Shown piece by piece: positions 1-9,008 of a DNA stretch of 64,000 nt. Location of the stretch: NCBI GenBank assembly GCA_965116155.1, contig OZ220488.1, positions 450,420 through 514,419 of the forward strand. The letters run 5' to 3'. Source of the DNA: Bdellovibrionales bacterium. Lineage in GTDB: Bacteria > Bdellovibrionota > Bdellovibrionia > Bdellovibrionales > UBA1609. Made by a program: the position numbers and the translations under genes. The notes under the pieces are model-generated. The model had not been told where the DNA came from. It did not search any database and saw only the letters and a list, made by a program, of their open reading frames with translations. Positions within the stretch are counted from its first letter, which is position 1; the number at the start of each line of letters is the position of its first letter.

Positions 1-1052
1 ACAGCCAAGATCTTTTTGCGCCCCTCTAAATCGGGCGCCTGCACCATAACCCTGCGGTCAAACCGACCCGGCCTTAACAGAGCAGAGTCCAAAACATCCG
101 GCCTATTGGTGGCCGCGATTAAAATCACGCCCTCGTTGCTTGAAAAACCATCCATCTCCACTAAGAGCTGGTTCAAGGTCTGCTCGCGCTCATCATGACC
201 GCCCCCCATACCCGCACCCCTATGGCGGCCCACAGCGTCGATCTCGTCTACAAAAACCAAACACGGCGCCTGACGCTTGGCCTGCTCAAACAGATCGCGC
301 ACGCGGCTCGCCCCCACACCCACAAACATCTCCACAAAGTCGGAACCCGAAATACTAAAAAACGGCACGCTCGCCTCGCCCGCCACCGCACGCGCCAGCA
401 AGGTTTTGCCCGTACCCGGAGGCCCCACCAAAAGCACCCCTTTAGGTATACGCCCCCCAAGGCGGGTGAACTTTTTGGGAGACTTTAAAAACTGCACAAT
501 TTCTTTAAGCTCCTCCTTAGCCTCGTCCACCCCGGCAACATCTTTGAAGCTGACCTTTTTTTTGTTCTCTACCAAAAGGCGTGCGCGGGATTTGCCAAAA
601 TTCATCGCCCTGCCGCCGCCTATTTGGATCTGACGGAACAAAAAGAAAAACATCGCCGCAATTAAAATCAAAGGCAGCCACTGCAAAAACACAGACCCCA
701 GCATGCTCTCAGCGTACTCGTATTTGGGTACGACGCCGTTTTTTAAAAGCAAAGCCTTAACGCTTTCGCTGCTAATGTCGCCCAAGGTTCTAAATTTAGT
801 GGCGGTTTTGTATTTTTCGCGCACCTTGTCGCTGTCTACAAACTCTCCCCGCAGCTCGCCCACACTGCCCCCGCCCTTATTAGACGAACGCACCGTAACC
901 GACTTAACCAACCCCCCTTCGACCAGAGCATAAAACTCCGGGTAGTCAATGCGGGCCTCCTGCAAACGCCGGGTCTCGTAAACCTGAAACACCACCAGCA
1001 TCAGCACCAAGGCCATAAGCCACAAAAACAAAGTCCTCTGGTTGGATCTCAA
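1..1052 (-). CDS. ftsH: ATP-dependent zinc metalloprotease FtsH, N-terminal ~350 aa (the rest lies beyond the window start)
   Basis: Absent from the ORF track because it is open at the window edge. My reverse translation reads [29 protein letters not shown] (Walker A), [13 protein letters not shown] (Walker B) and [20 protein letters not shown] (SRH), preceded by two hydrophobic TM segments. The TTG at 1052 sits 8 nt after GGGAGG. The ATG at 1016 is the alternative start. Confidence 0.9.
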   Translation of the reverse strand, partial: MRSNQRTLFLWLMALVLMLVVFQVYETRRLQEARIDYPEFYALVEGGLVKSVTVRSSNKGGGSVGELRGEFVDSDKVREKYKTATKFRTLGDISSESVKALLLKNGVVPKYEYAESMLGSVFLQWLPLILIAAMFFFLFRQIQIGGGRAMNFGKSRARLLVENKKKVSFKDVAGVDEAKEELKEIVQFLKSPKKFTRLGGRIPKGVLLVGPPGTGKTLLARAVAGEASVPFFSISGSDFVEMFVGVGASRVRDLFEQAKRQAPCLVFVDEIDAVGRHRGAGMGGGHDEREQTLNQLLVEMDGFSSNEGVILIAATNRPDVLDSALLRPGRFDRRVMVQAPDLEGRKKILA

Positions 1053-1119
1053 AAAAATAACCTCCCTATCCTATACACATAGCCGGAACTTATAGCCCGA
1101 CACAACTCTATGAGACTCA

Positions 1120-2274
1120 TTATACTGACTCAGGCTCGGGCCGGCCATCCTCAATATAAAGCCTGTCCCCTTTTATAAAAAAGCGCCTTTTTAAAATAGT
1201 GCCGCTCATGTTTTTTTGGGGGCGGTTTATATGCTTCATAAGCTCTAGCAAATGCGTCTGCCCATAACCCTTAAGCCCCCTCGCACGCGCATACTCTGCC
1301 AGCGCCCCTTGCGGGCCCAGTGGGTGCTTGTAAAGCTCTTGAATCTCTAGCTCATCCCCTGCTTGAGCCATGCCATGCTCTTTGCCATGCTCTTTAACCG
1401 CACCTGCCAAAAGCTCCAAGCTCCTTGACAAGGCCTTAGTTGCACCAGGGCGCTTTTGCTCCAGCAGCCCCAGCCAGCGCGTTTTGAGCCACGCCCTAAA
1501 GTCTGTGGCGTTGGTGGGGTCATCCACGTACTTAAGGCGACGCTCAAGGGCATAATGCCCCAACTCCTCACGCCCCACACATAAAAAAGGCCTTAAATAG
1601 GGCGCACGCCACACCTGCATGGCCTTTAGGCCCCCTAAGCCCGTGCCCCGCATCAGCCGCATCAGCCGCGTTAGGAGCAGGTCTTCTGCATGGTGCGCCA
1701 GCGCGATGCTGCACGGCCGCGCCTGCGCCAGACGCCGAAAGCCCGCATGCCGAAACTCCCTTAGGTCTGCCTCACTTAAAAGAGGGCGCTTGGCACCATA
1801 ATGCAGCACCCGACAAGGCAAGCCATAGAGCTTAGCCACGCGCTGCACCAGGCGCTTAGCCTTATTGCGAAAAAGCGCATTCTCGTGCTCTCCATGGTGC
1901 ACATGGACCACCTCAAGCTTAAAACTCAAAGCCCCTTGCAGCACGCGCAGCACCTCGAGCAAGCACATGGAGTCCAAGCCCCCGCTTACGGCCACGCAAA
2001 TTACAGCACTAACGGAATGCTCTGGGATAAGCGCCGCCTCTGGTGCAGCACCCTGCAAGGGGGCCTTTGCACTAGAGGCAAGCGACCCACAGAGCATTCT
2101 GCGGTCTATACGGCTTCTACAAGCCTGTAGCTTTGGGCGTTCTTTAAGCCCAAAGCGTCCAGAACTGCGAAATATATCCCTTAGCAACCGGTAGGTTTTG
2201 TGCTCCAAAGTGTTCCACTGAAGTTTGGCACGGTCCTTGCTCACAAGGGCGACAATAGTACATATAAAAACCAA
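1120..2274 (-). CDS. tilS: tRNA(Ile)-lysidine synthase
   Basis: PP-loop motif VAVSGGLDSMCLL and the overall TilS/MesJ pattern. It lies directly upstream of ftsH, a common arrangement. The longest ORF is probably over-extended; the ATG at 2097 (MLCGSL...) is a more plausible start. Confidence 0.8.
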   Translation of the reverse strand: MVFICTIVALVSKDRAKLQWNTLEHKTYRLLRDIFRSSGRFGLKERPKLQACRSRIDRRMLCGSLASSAKAPLQGAAPEAALIPEHSVSAVICVAVSGGLDSMCLLEVLRVLQGALSFKLEVVHVHHGEHENALFRNKAKRLVQRVAKLYGLPCRVLHYGAKRPLLSEADLREFRHAGFRRLAQARPCSIALAHHAEDLLLTRLMRLMRGTGLGGLKAMQVWRAPYLRPFLCVGREELGHYALERRLKYVDDPTNATDFRAWLKTRWLGLLEQKRPGATKALSRSLELLAGAVKEHGKEHGMAQAGDELEIQELYKHPLGPQGALAEYARARGLKGYGQTHLLELMKHINRPQKNMSGTILKRRFFIKGDRLYIEDGRPEPESV

Positions 2275-2331
2275 ATAGGACCTTTTTTGTGACCTTTTAG
2301 GTCAAAAAACTTACACAAACGGGGCAAAATT

Positions 2332-5300
2332 ATGCATCTTTTTTGTAAAATCCTTTTAAAAATGCAGCTCATTGTGGGAGCTGGTGTAGTTTTTATAGCA
2401 CTCGGGTGCAGTAACTCGAATTTTGTGCAAATCCCGCAAGACGCCCCTTTGCCCACGCCCACGCCACGCCTGCATAGCAGTTGCATTAATAGCAACACCC
2501 TTAGCATGCAGCTGCAATCGCCGCGCGTAAGTGAAGTGGCCTTGAGCTTTGAGCGCTGCCCGCTTGAGACTCCCAAAGACGCCCCCAAGGCGGAGTACCG
2601 CAACCCTATTAGTGACCTCAAATGGTACAAATACTCTCAAGAAAAAGGCCTATCTATAGAGGTGCCGGAGTTCTTTAGAAATTCCTCAGGCAGCATATAT
2701 GTTATATCGCGCACCAAAAATGGCATTTACAGCCACAGCTGCGGTAAGGCAGATTTTGACTTTGACGACACCAAGCCTCTAATAGACTTTACCTACCTGC
2801 CGGAACGGGTGTCTAACACCGAAGACAACATCCGCTGGAAGGTGGCCGACGAGCGCGGCCTAGCACCCGGACAAAGCTACGCCACTCTAAACGGGAAACA
2901 AATTGTTACCCAGTCACCAGACCCTACAGGTGAGCATGATATTTTTCAGCACCATTATATCTACCGCTCACAAAATCAACTGCAACCCGGTACCAATGTA
3001 CTGCGTGTGCATGCAACAGACAACTGCCACAATACCGAGCAATTAAGCTACGAGTGGGTCTACGATCCTAATGCACCCAAAGTGACCTTTACATCTAAAA
3101 AACCTAAAAAAAACGCACTAGAGGTCAACCTAAACTTTAACGTTACCGACCCAGAACCTGGGGCAGGATTAAAAAGTATAGAGTGCTCAAAAGACAACAA
3201 AAAAAGCTTTTCTCCATGCAGCAAGGGAAGCATTAAAACCCTCGCCCAAAACGGCGCCAACTCTGTATGGGTGCGCGCAACCGACAAGGCCGGCAACGTG
3301 GCCCTTAAGAGCTTTGATTGGCAAAGCGATATTGTAGCGCCTACAATAAAGTTCCTCACGCACCCAGCAACCGCTCAACACCAGGGCAAAAACTACAGCG
3401 CCCAAAACCAACCTAGCTTTAGTTACTTAGGCACCGATAACGAAGGCCCCGTGCGCTACCAGTGCGCACTTATTAAAGACAAAACCCCACTCGCACTAAC
3501 AAACTGCCAAAACAACACCCAGCACATGCTGCCTTTGTTGCAAGATGGAGATTATGTGTTTCAAGTTAAAGCCATAGACATGGCTCAAAACGCATCTTTA
3601 CCTGCAGAGTTTGTGTGGAGCGTTGACGCCACAGCACCAAGCTTGCAAATTACAGCCGCGCCCGGCATGAACTCTACAAAGCTACTAGGTGTAGGCGACA
3701 AAGCAGTGGTGCAGTTTGTAGCAATGGATACCGGCACCGGTTTGGCTCGTGTTGAGTGCTTGGTGAACAATAAAACACACGCCTGCCCTTTAAATGCTAG
3801 CCACCAGGGCAAGCTTAGTATCACTAAGCACAAAGAAGGCACCAATACGGTTACTATAAAAGCCACCGACCACGTGGGTAATAGCACGCAAGTAGAGCAC
3901 CAGTATAACTTTAGAAAAGAAAACCCTACCATTTTGTTTGATAGCGGCACGGCACATTTATCGCCACAAAAATCCAGCCATAAACAAAACCCATGGATAG
4001 AGCACGCCCTACGTGCGCTAAACCCCTTGCCACGTGCGTGGGCTGAAGAATCAGGTACCAAGGGTACAGACAGCGCCGATACGAGCAGCGCCGCCAAGGA
4101 GTGCTCGGGCCATGTTTTAGTAGGCCAAGGAGAGCAAGACATTAACTTTACAGTAATACCTTGCGCAGGGCTTGAAGGATCAGACACTCCCGAAGACTGC
4201 CTTGCAGCAAAGGCCATAGAGTGTAGTGTAGATAACAAAACCTACACCAACTGCATGGTAGGCACCAACAAGGGGCAGTTTAAAACCCCTAACTCTAAGA
4301 GCGGTCACTACAAACTTTTTGTTAAAAGCCGTAACCAAGCAGGCAACACCACAGTAAAATGCTACAACTGGCAAGTAGACGCCGATGCTCCGCGCATAGC
4401 GCTTACCGGTGTGCCTGCCTACATAACTCCAGACGAAGCCAATAAGAGCCCAGAAAAAGAACCAGTGAAAGAACCAGGCAAAGAATTTAACTGGAAGCAT
4501 ATCCCCACCAAGCTTTGCCAAGGCGAGGGCTGCGCAAAAGGTTTGCCACTCAGCCAAAAGCCCTTAAGCATTACGGGCGAACAGTACCGGTTTCAGTTTG
4601 AAGGCAAAGACGACCAGGGCGACCCTAGCTTAGCTGACAAAAGCGTACAGTACGAGTGCGTGCTTAAACGCAGCGGACGCGCTGTTGTGGGCCCAAAAGA
4701 GTGCGAGCCCGGCATGTTTTACACCAAACTGATGGAGAGCAGCGAGTACAGCTTTGAGGTCGTAGCCATAGACTCTGTAGGCAATAGATCTAAGCCTGCA
4801 ACGTGGCACTTTATGCTCGACCGCTACGGGCCGACGTTTCATTTTTCTAAAGTTCCAGGCGGCTTGGTTAAAAACAAAAAAAACGAGTGGCAGTTCCGCA
4901 GATGGCCCGTTATAGGTAAAGAAGCAGAAAACACCCTGCTCCTAAAACGTGCGCGCGATAGGTTTGTGCATATTGCAAAATTGGAATGCGCTGAGCTCGA
5001 CTCCTACCCTCACCCGGACACGCCTTGCCATGGGGTGTTCTCTACTGCGGCTCTGGATTTTCCTACAGAATTTGTACCCCTTGTAATGGACTATAAAGAC
5101 GCAAAAGAAAACACCTGCCACACAGCACGCTTAGAGGCAGAGGATATGTTTGGACACAGATCTACCTTGGCCTACAAGTGGTATGTTGATACCTTGGCAC
5201 CAAAGATTGAAATAAACAAACACCCTACTAAAAAAACCAGCCACACAGGGGCCGAGTTTTTAGTAACGGCCTTAGACTTTAACAGTGCCGAAAAGGCCAA

Positions 5301-6687
5301 ATGCCAAAACAACCCCCGCCGCGAACTTACACCTACAGAAACGCAAGAGACCGAGCTGGTGCTTTCGTACTCTTTAGACGGCGCTGCATGGAAGGAATGC
5401 AACTACAAAACCTGCCCCATCAAAGTGCAGGGCCTTAAACGTGGCCAGCACAAATTGAGCCTTAAGGCTCAAGACCGCGCGGGTAATGTTGCAACAAAAG
5501 ACTTTACCTGGGACATTACCAGCACGGGACCCGTGCTTAGCGCTACGCCTGTGTGGAGTGAATCGTCTTTTTGGCAAAAAGCACCCACAGGAGATGAGGG
5601 TAGCTTTTTTCAAAACATACCAGGGGAATTTACAGTTAATCTTAAGCCCATACAGGGCACTAGTATCAAAAACTACAACTGCCTGTGCACGCCTCAAGAT
5701 CCGACCACATGCAAGTACGATGCTAACAAAAGCTCCTTAAGTGTTAAGGTTGCAAATACAAAGCCCGGCACGCACCAATGCACCTTGAAGGCTTATGACA
5801 ACTTAGGAGCTGTAAATAGCACCCAAATAAGCTGGCAGGTGCTGCCTCAGTATCAGGTGTACAAATACAGCTTTAACCACAGGGCTAGCAAAGATATGGA
5901 CGTGCTTGTTGTACTAAAAGACCACAAAGACTTAAAAAAATTAAAACTACAAAAAATATGGCAACACCTTTTGCCGGCTCTTAGCAGCTTGGGTGAGTGG
6001 GAGTTTCGCGTTGCCCTAAGCACTGACACACTTTTGCGCGAGGGGCGGGTGTTTCCTGTAAGTCAGCAGATGGGATCTTTTGTAACGCCTTTTCATACCA
6101 AAAGCTTGAGCCTTGAGGCGTTTAACAAAATCTGGGTGGCTGCAGTCAAACAAAGCCTTAACACGGACTTAACTAAAATAGCGCCGTTGCCAGTGCAAAG
6201 CTTTGCCAGGCCCTACGCGGCCACTAAAGTTGTGCTCGTAGGCGCTAGCAGATTTAGCCCACTAGGAGAGGCAGAGCAGGCCGTGGAAAGCGTGAGTGGG
6301 TTATTTTCTAACCCCCCCCAAATGCACTCGGTGGTTTTGTTGAAAGAAAACATGTGCGCAACAGAAGCACCAGGAGAACTAACATCCTGCTTATCGGATA
6401 AGGCCTCATGTTACGAGAGCTTTGTATGCACGAGCACAGGGCTACAAGCGGTGCTAGAGCGCCTTGGCACAAAAGAGCTAAATGCTGAAAGCCACGCCAA
6501 ATGGCAGTTGCCTTATGCACCTGCCCCAGAGCACCCTAAGTACCAGTTGCAATTGCTGGACCCTCAAGGCAATTTGGTGGATCCATCACTTTACAAGGTG
6601 CAAGGGAGCACAATTTTGTTCCCCGACGAAGACGCCCTCCCCCGTGGCCAGTACACAGTGCAATATGTTAGAACGCTAGAGCAATAG
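2332..6687 (+). CDS. Giant surface lipoprotein with about 8 Cys-paired Ig-like repeats and a degenerate vWA-like C-terminal region
   Basis: 1451-aa ORF. The N-terminus MHLFCKILLKMQLIVGAGVVFIALG-CSN is a signal peptide with a lipobox-like ALGC. It has tandem ~90-110-aa modules with the pattern x-C-x-[LV]-[DN]..C..G-x-[YH]-x-[FL]-x-V-[KR]-A-x-D-x-[AV]-G-N..W-x-[VS]-D-x-x-[AG]-P. The C-terminal region aligns by eye with the vWA part of ORF 30907-32385 but lacks the DxSxS motif. Confidence 0.75.
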   Translation: MHLFCKILLKMQLIVGAGVVFIALGCSNSNFVQIPQDAPLPTPTPRLHSSCINSNTLSMQLQSPRVSEVALSFERCPLETPKDAPKAEYRNPISDLKWYKYSQEKGLSIEVPEFFRNSSGSIYVISRTKNGIYSHSCGKADFDFDDTKPLIDFTYLPERVSNTEDNIRWKVADERGLAPGQSYATLNGKQIVTQSPDPTGEHDIFQHHYIYRSQNQLQPGTNVLRVHATDNCHNTEQLSYEWVYDPNAPKVTFTSKKPKKNALEVNLNFNVTDPEPGAGLKSIECSKDNKKSFSPCSKGSIKTLAQNGANSVWVRATDKAGNVALKSFDWQSDIVAPTIKFLTHPATAQHQGKNYSAQNQPSFSYLGTDNEGPVRYQCALIKDKTPLALTNCQNNTQHMLPLLQDGDYVFQVKAIDMAQNASLPAEFVWSVDATAPSLQITAAPGMNSTKLLGVGDKAVVQFVAMDTGTGLARVECLVNNKTHACPLNASHQGKLSITKHKEGTNTVTIKATDHVGNSTQVEHQYNFRKENPTILFDSGTAHLSPQKSSHKQNPWIEHALRALNPLPRAWAEESGTKGTDSADTSSAAKECSGHVLVGQGEQDINFTVIPCAGLEGSDTPEDCLAAKAIECSVDNKTYTNCMVGTNKGQFKTPNSKSGHYKLFVKSRNQAGNTTVKCYNWQVDADAPRIALTGVPAYITPDEANKSPEKEPVKEPGKEFNWKHIPTKLCQGEGCAKGLPLSQKPLSITGEQYRFQFEGKDDQGDPSLADKSVQYECVLKRSGRAVVGPKECEPGMFYTKLMESSEYSFEVVAIDSVGNRSKPATWHFMLDRYGPTFHFSKVPGGLVKNKKNEWQFRRWPVIGKEAENTLLLKRARDRFVHIAKLECAELDSYPHPDTPCHGVFSTAALDFPTEFVPLVMDYKDAKENTCHTARLEAEDMFGHRSTLAYKWYVDTLAPKIEINKHPTKKTSHTGAEFLVTALDFNSAEKAKCQNNPRRELTPTETQETELVLSYSLDGAAWKECNYKTCPIKVQGLKRGQHKLSLKAQDRAGNVATKDFTWDITSTGPVLSATPVWSESSFWQKAPTGDEGSFFQNIPGEFTVNLKPIQGTSIKNYNCLCTPQDPTTCKYDANKSSLSVKVANTKPGTHQCTLKAYDNLGAVNSTQISWQVLPQYQVYKYSFNHRASKDMDVLVVLKDHKDLKKLKLQKIWQHLLPALSSLGEWEFRVALSTDTLLREGRVFPVSQQMGSFVTPFHTKSLSLEAFNKIWVAAVKQSLNTDLTKIAPLPVQSFARPYAATKVVLVGASRFSPLGEAEQAVESVSGLFSNPPQMHSVVLLKENMCATEAPGELTSCLSDKASCYESFVCTSTGLQAVLERLGTKELNAESHAKWQLPYAPAPEHPKYQLQLLDPQGNLVDPSLYKVQGSTILFPDEDALPRGQYTVQYVRTLEQ

Positions 6688-6776
6688 TGTACTCCCAATT
6701 TTTCGTCTTACCCCCATGTCCCACTGGCAGGGCCCAAAGGGCCCGGATCCCAGTGGGACCAACAACAGTGCGTTTA
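6668..6776 (+). repeat. Intergenic repeat family: A-like box (TTAGAACGCTAG, read through in-frame at the end of the lipoprotein gene) plus a module D GC-rich hairpin
   Basis: TTAGAACGCTAG at 6668-6679 differs by 1 nt from the TTAGAGCGCTAG box seen at 6 other loci. GTCCCACTGG..CCAGTGGGAC (6718-6727 / 6750-6759) encloses GGGCCC-AAA-GGGCCC and is the same module found at 13007-13048 and, inverted, at about 45797-45846. Confidence 0.75.
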
Positions 6777-6848
6777 CGCCACGCGTGGGAGCTTTTACAA
6801 GCACAGGTGTGTTACACCTGTGCTTGTAAAAGCTCCCACGCGTGGCGT
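6776..6848. terminator. 35-bp perfect hairpin straddling the E1-beta stop codon (candidate bidirectional terminator)
   Basis: The left arm (6776-6810) is the exact reverse complement of the right arm (6814-6848). The loop is GTT. The stop codon TAA (6812-6814, minus strand) lies at the loop, and the right arm encodes the last 11 codons. Confidence 0.7.
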
Positions 6849-7879
6849 TTGATGTCTGCCACCTGAGGGACTGTGGCTTTTTCTAAATCCGGGTGCAAAC
6901 CAATGCCAGGAGTGTTTAAGCCAGCAAGCACTTTGGGCGGCGCATGCAGAGTATAAAACAACTCCCTTGTAGCCCTATAAGCCAAATGCTCTGCAAAGTT
7001 TGTAACCTCGGTGTCTTCGTTCACAAACAAAACCTTGCCGCATTTTTTAATGCTCTGTTTTAAACTTTGCCAATCATAAGGATACAAACAAAACAAATCT
7101 ATCAGCTCAATTCTTGTGCCAGGGTGCTCGCGCTCTAGCTCTAAAATCGCCTCCTCGCACATCAGCACATAACGGCCATAGCTCACCACGCAAAGGTCCT
7201 TGCCAGGACGCACCACCCTTAAGGACGGCAGCTTTATATCCATTAGCTCTAAAGACTCCGGCCACTTAGGGCGCCAGTTTTTACGCCCTACACCTATGGG
7301 AGCATCGATGGCTTTTTTGAGCGCTTTTTCCTCAGCAGGCTCCCCTGGCAACAAAACCCGCGACTTAACTCTAAGCAAGCTTTTAGGTTTAAGATACAAA
7401 ACTGGGTTAGGGTTTTTAATGGCACTTAACATAAGCGCATAGGCCTCTAACGGGCGCGACGGCATCACCACCACCCAACCTGGCATACGCGTGGCCCAAG
7501 CATCAAAGCTATGACTATGATAAATCGAGCCATGTATCCCCGCCCCCACAGGAGTCATTAACACCAGCGGCAAATTGTATTGCCCCCTACAAGCCCAAGA
7601 GGTGTTGCCGACCATTTTAAGCAAATCTATGGTGTTAAATATGTAATCGCAAAATTGCACCTCAGCTACCACGCGTTGACCCGCCATAGCCACGCCCATA
7701 GCAGCACCCACAATGCCGCGCTCATCCAAAGGAGTGTTCCACGCAGTAGCCAAACCTTGGGTCACCGTAAACACTCCCCCCAAGGGCGGCCCTACGTCTT
7801 GCCCAAAAATCTCGCGCACCTCTAAGTGCTTCTCGCCCATATGCAAAGCCATCCGAATGGCCTGTGCCATATTAGCCAT
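6812..7879 (-). CDS. 2-oxoacid (pyruvate/branched-chain/acetoin-type) dehydrogenase E1 component, beta subunit
   Basis: The E1-beta pattern IFGQDVGPPLGGVFTVTQGL..TPLDERGIVGAAMGVAMAG..EVQFCDY is present, with transketolase-like C-terminal half. The ATG at 7879 (MANMAQAIR...) overlaps the alpha-subunit stop as TAATG. The longest ORF, extending to 7930, is probably too long. Confidence 0.8.
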   Translation of the reverse strand: MANMAQAIRMALHMGEKHLEVREIFGQDVGPPLGGVFTVTQGLATAWNTPLDERGIVGAAMGVAMAGQRVVAEVQFCDYIFNTIDLLKMVGNTSWACRGQYNLPLVLMTPVGAGIHGSIYHSHSFDAWATRMPGWVVVMPSRPLEAYALMLSAIKNPNPVLYLKPKSLLRVKSRVLLPGEPAEEKALKKAIDAPIGVGRKNWRPKWPESLELMDIKLPSLRVVRPGKDLCVVSYGRYVLMCEEAILELEREHPGTRIELIDLFCLYPYDWQSLKQSIKKCGKVLFVNEDTEVTNFAEHLAYRATRELFYTLHAPPKVLAGLNTPGIGLHPDLEKATVPQVADIKRHAWELLQAQV

Positions 7880-8901
7880 TAAAACTCTCTCCAATCTGCC
7901 TGAGTAGCATCCGCATAGGTGTGGTCCCACACGGTGCTCGGTTGAGGTGTGGGCTCCTTTCGCGCCTGAAGCTGCGCATTAATGCACTCTTGCTCTAGCT
8001 CTTTTGTTAAAACCAGGACTTCGGTTTTTTTGAGCCAATTTTTTTTAAATAATTCCTCCTCAAACTCTTTTACACAATCCACCTGGGGCCCGCCCTCCCA
8101 ATTCGCACCCGTTGCAGAAGAGTGGCCATACAGGCGCGACACTGCGGCCTCTACTAGCATAGGCTTGCGCTTTTGGCGCACGTACTCTAGGGCCTCTTTC
8201 AAAACAAAATACGCCCGCGCGGGGCAGTTGGCATCAAAGCTTACGCACCTAATGCCAAAAGCCTTGGCGCGATCCGCAATGCGCACCTCCGAATGCTGGG
8301 TGCTGTAATGGGTCGAAATACCCCACTGGTTATTTTGCACCGTAATTAAAAGCGGCAGCTCCTCTTTAGGGCGCGATGCCCAAATGAGGCTCGACGCAAA
8401 ATCCCCCTCCGCCGTGCCCGCATCACCTCCCGTAATAATGCTCACCCCACGCGCACGGGCGCGCATTTGTGCCAAAGCTGTGCCAATAGCCACACTGTAC
8501 TGCACACCAATAGGAGAGGTAATCGGCGCCACATTCCATTTGGGCACACAAAAATGCCCTGCAAAGTTTCGCCCCCCAGTATGAGGATCTGTGGCGCGGC
8601 ACATCATAAGGCGCACCGCATCAATCACAGGCAATCCCATTGCCACAAGGCTTGAAGAGGCTCTGTAGTGCAAGTGCAACCAGTCATGGCCCAGCCCACG
8701 GCCTTTGTTGACCAAAAGTCCTAAAGGGACTCCAAAGGCCTCTTCGCCCGGGCCGCCGATCCAAAAAAAGCCCTCCCCCACTTTGTATATTTGAATGAGG
8801 CGTTTTTCTAAAATGCGCGCCTTTAGCATGAGGCGGTGCATTTTAAGGGCCAGGGCTTTGCCGAGTTTTGTGCAATCGCTCACCGGCAGTATTTTACTCA
8901 C
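7879..8901 (-). CDS. 2-oxoacid dehydrogenase E1 component, alpha subunit (TPP-binding)
   Basis: It has the TPP motif region SIITGGDAGTAEGDFASSLIWA..VQNNQWGIST and an E1-alpha-like N-terminus (GFFWIGGPGEEA). GTG start. It is translationally coupled to the beta subunit. Confidence 0.8.
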   Translation of the reverse strand: MSKILPVSDCTKLGKALALKMHRLMLKARILEKRLIQIYKVGEGFFWIGGPGEEAFGVPLGLLVNKGRGLGHDWLHLHYRASSSLVAMGLPVIDAVRLMMCRATDPHTGGRNFAGHFCVPKWNVAPITSPIGVQYSVAIGTALAQMRARARGVSIITGGDAGTAEGDFASSLIWASRPKEELPLLITVQNNQWGISTHYSTQHSEVRIADRAKAFGIRCVSFDANCPARAYFVLKEALEYVRQKRKPMLVEAAVSRLYGHSSATGANWEGGPQVDCVKEFEEELFKKNWLKKTEVLVLTKELEQECINAQLQARKEPTPQPSTVWDHTYADATQADWREF

Positions 8902-9008
8902 CCTATGAGGGGCGCGTCAAAATCCCTTAGCGCGCGTGACAGATATGCAACATTGCGTTACTAGATGTGTGTTTTTTAGATGGTTTTCAGCAGTTAGGAG
9001 TTTTTAAT

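Noticed and set aside
16-933. Plus-strand ORFs of 60-118 aa from the ORF track at the window start
   Set aside because: They are antisense to an unmistakable ftsH reading frame (Walker A/B and SRH motifs on the minus strand). Their translations are Pro/Arg/Ser-rich, typical of antisense frames.
6312-6319. Homopolymer tracts (C8 at 6312-6319 in the giant lipoprotein gene, C8 at 19933-19940, T8 at 556-563) considered as slipped-strand phase-variation switches
   Set aside because: Equivalent tracts occur inside housekeeping genes (ftsH and the ABC-system partner), so they are not specific to surface genes. The length of 8 is marginal, and no evidence of frame variants is visible.
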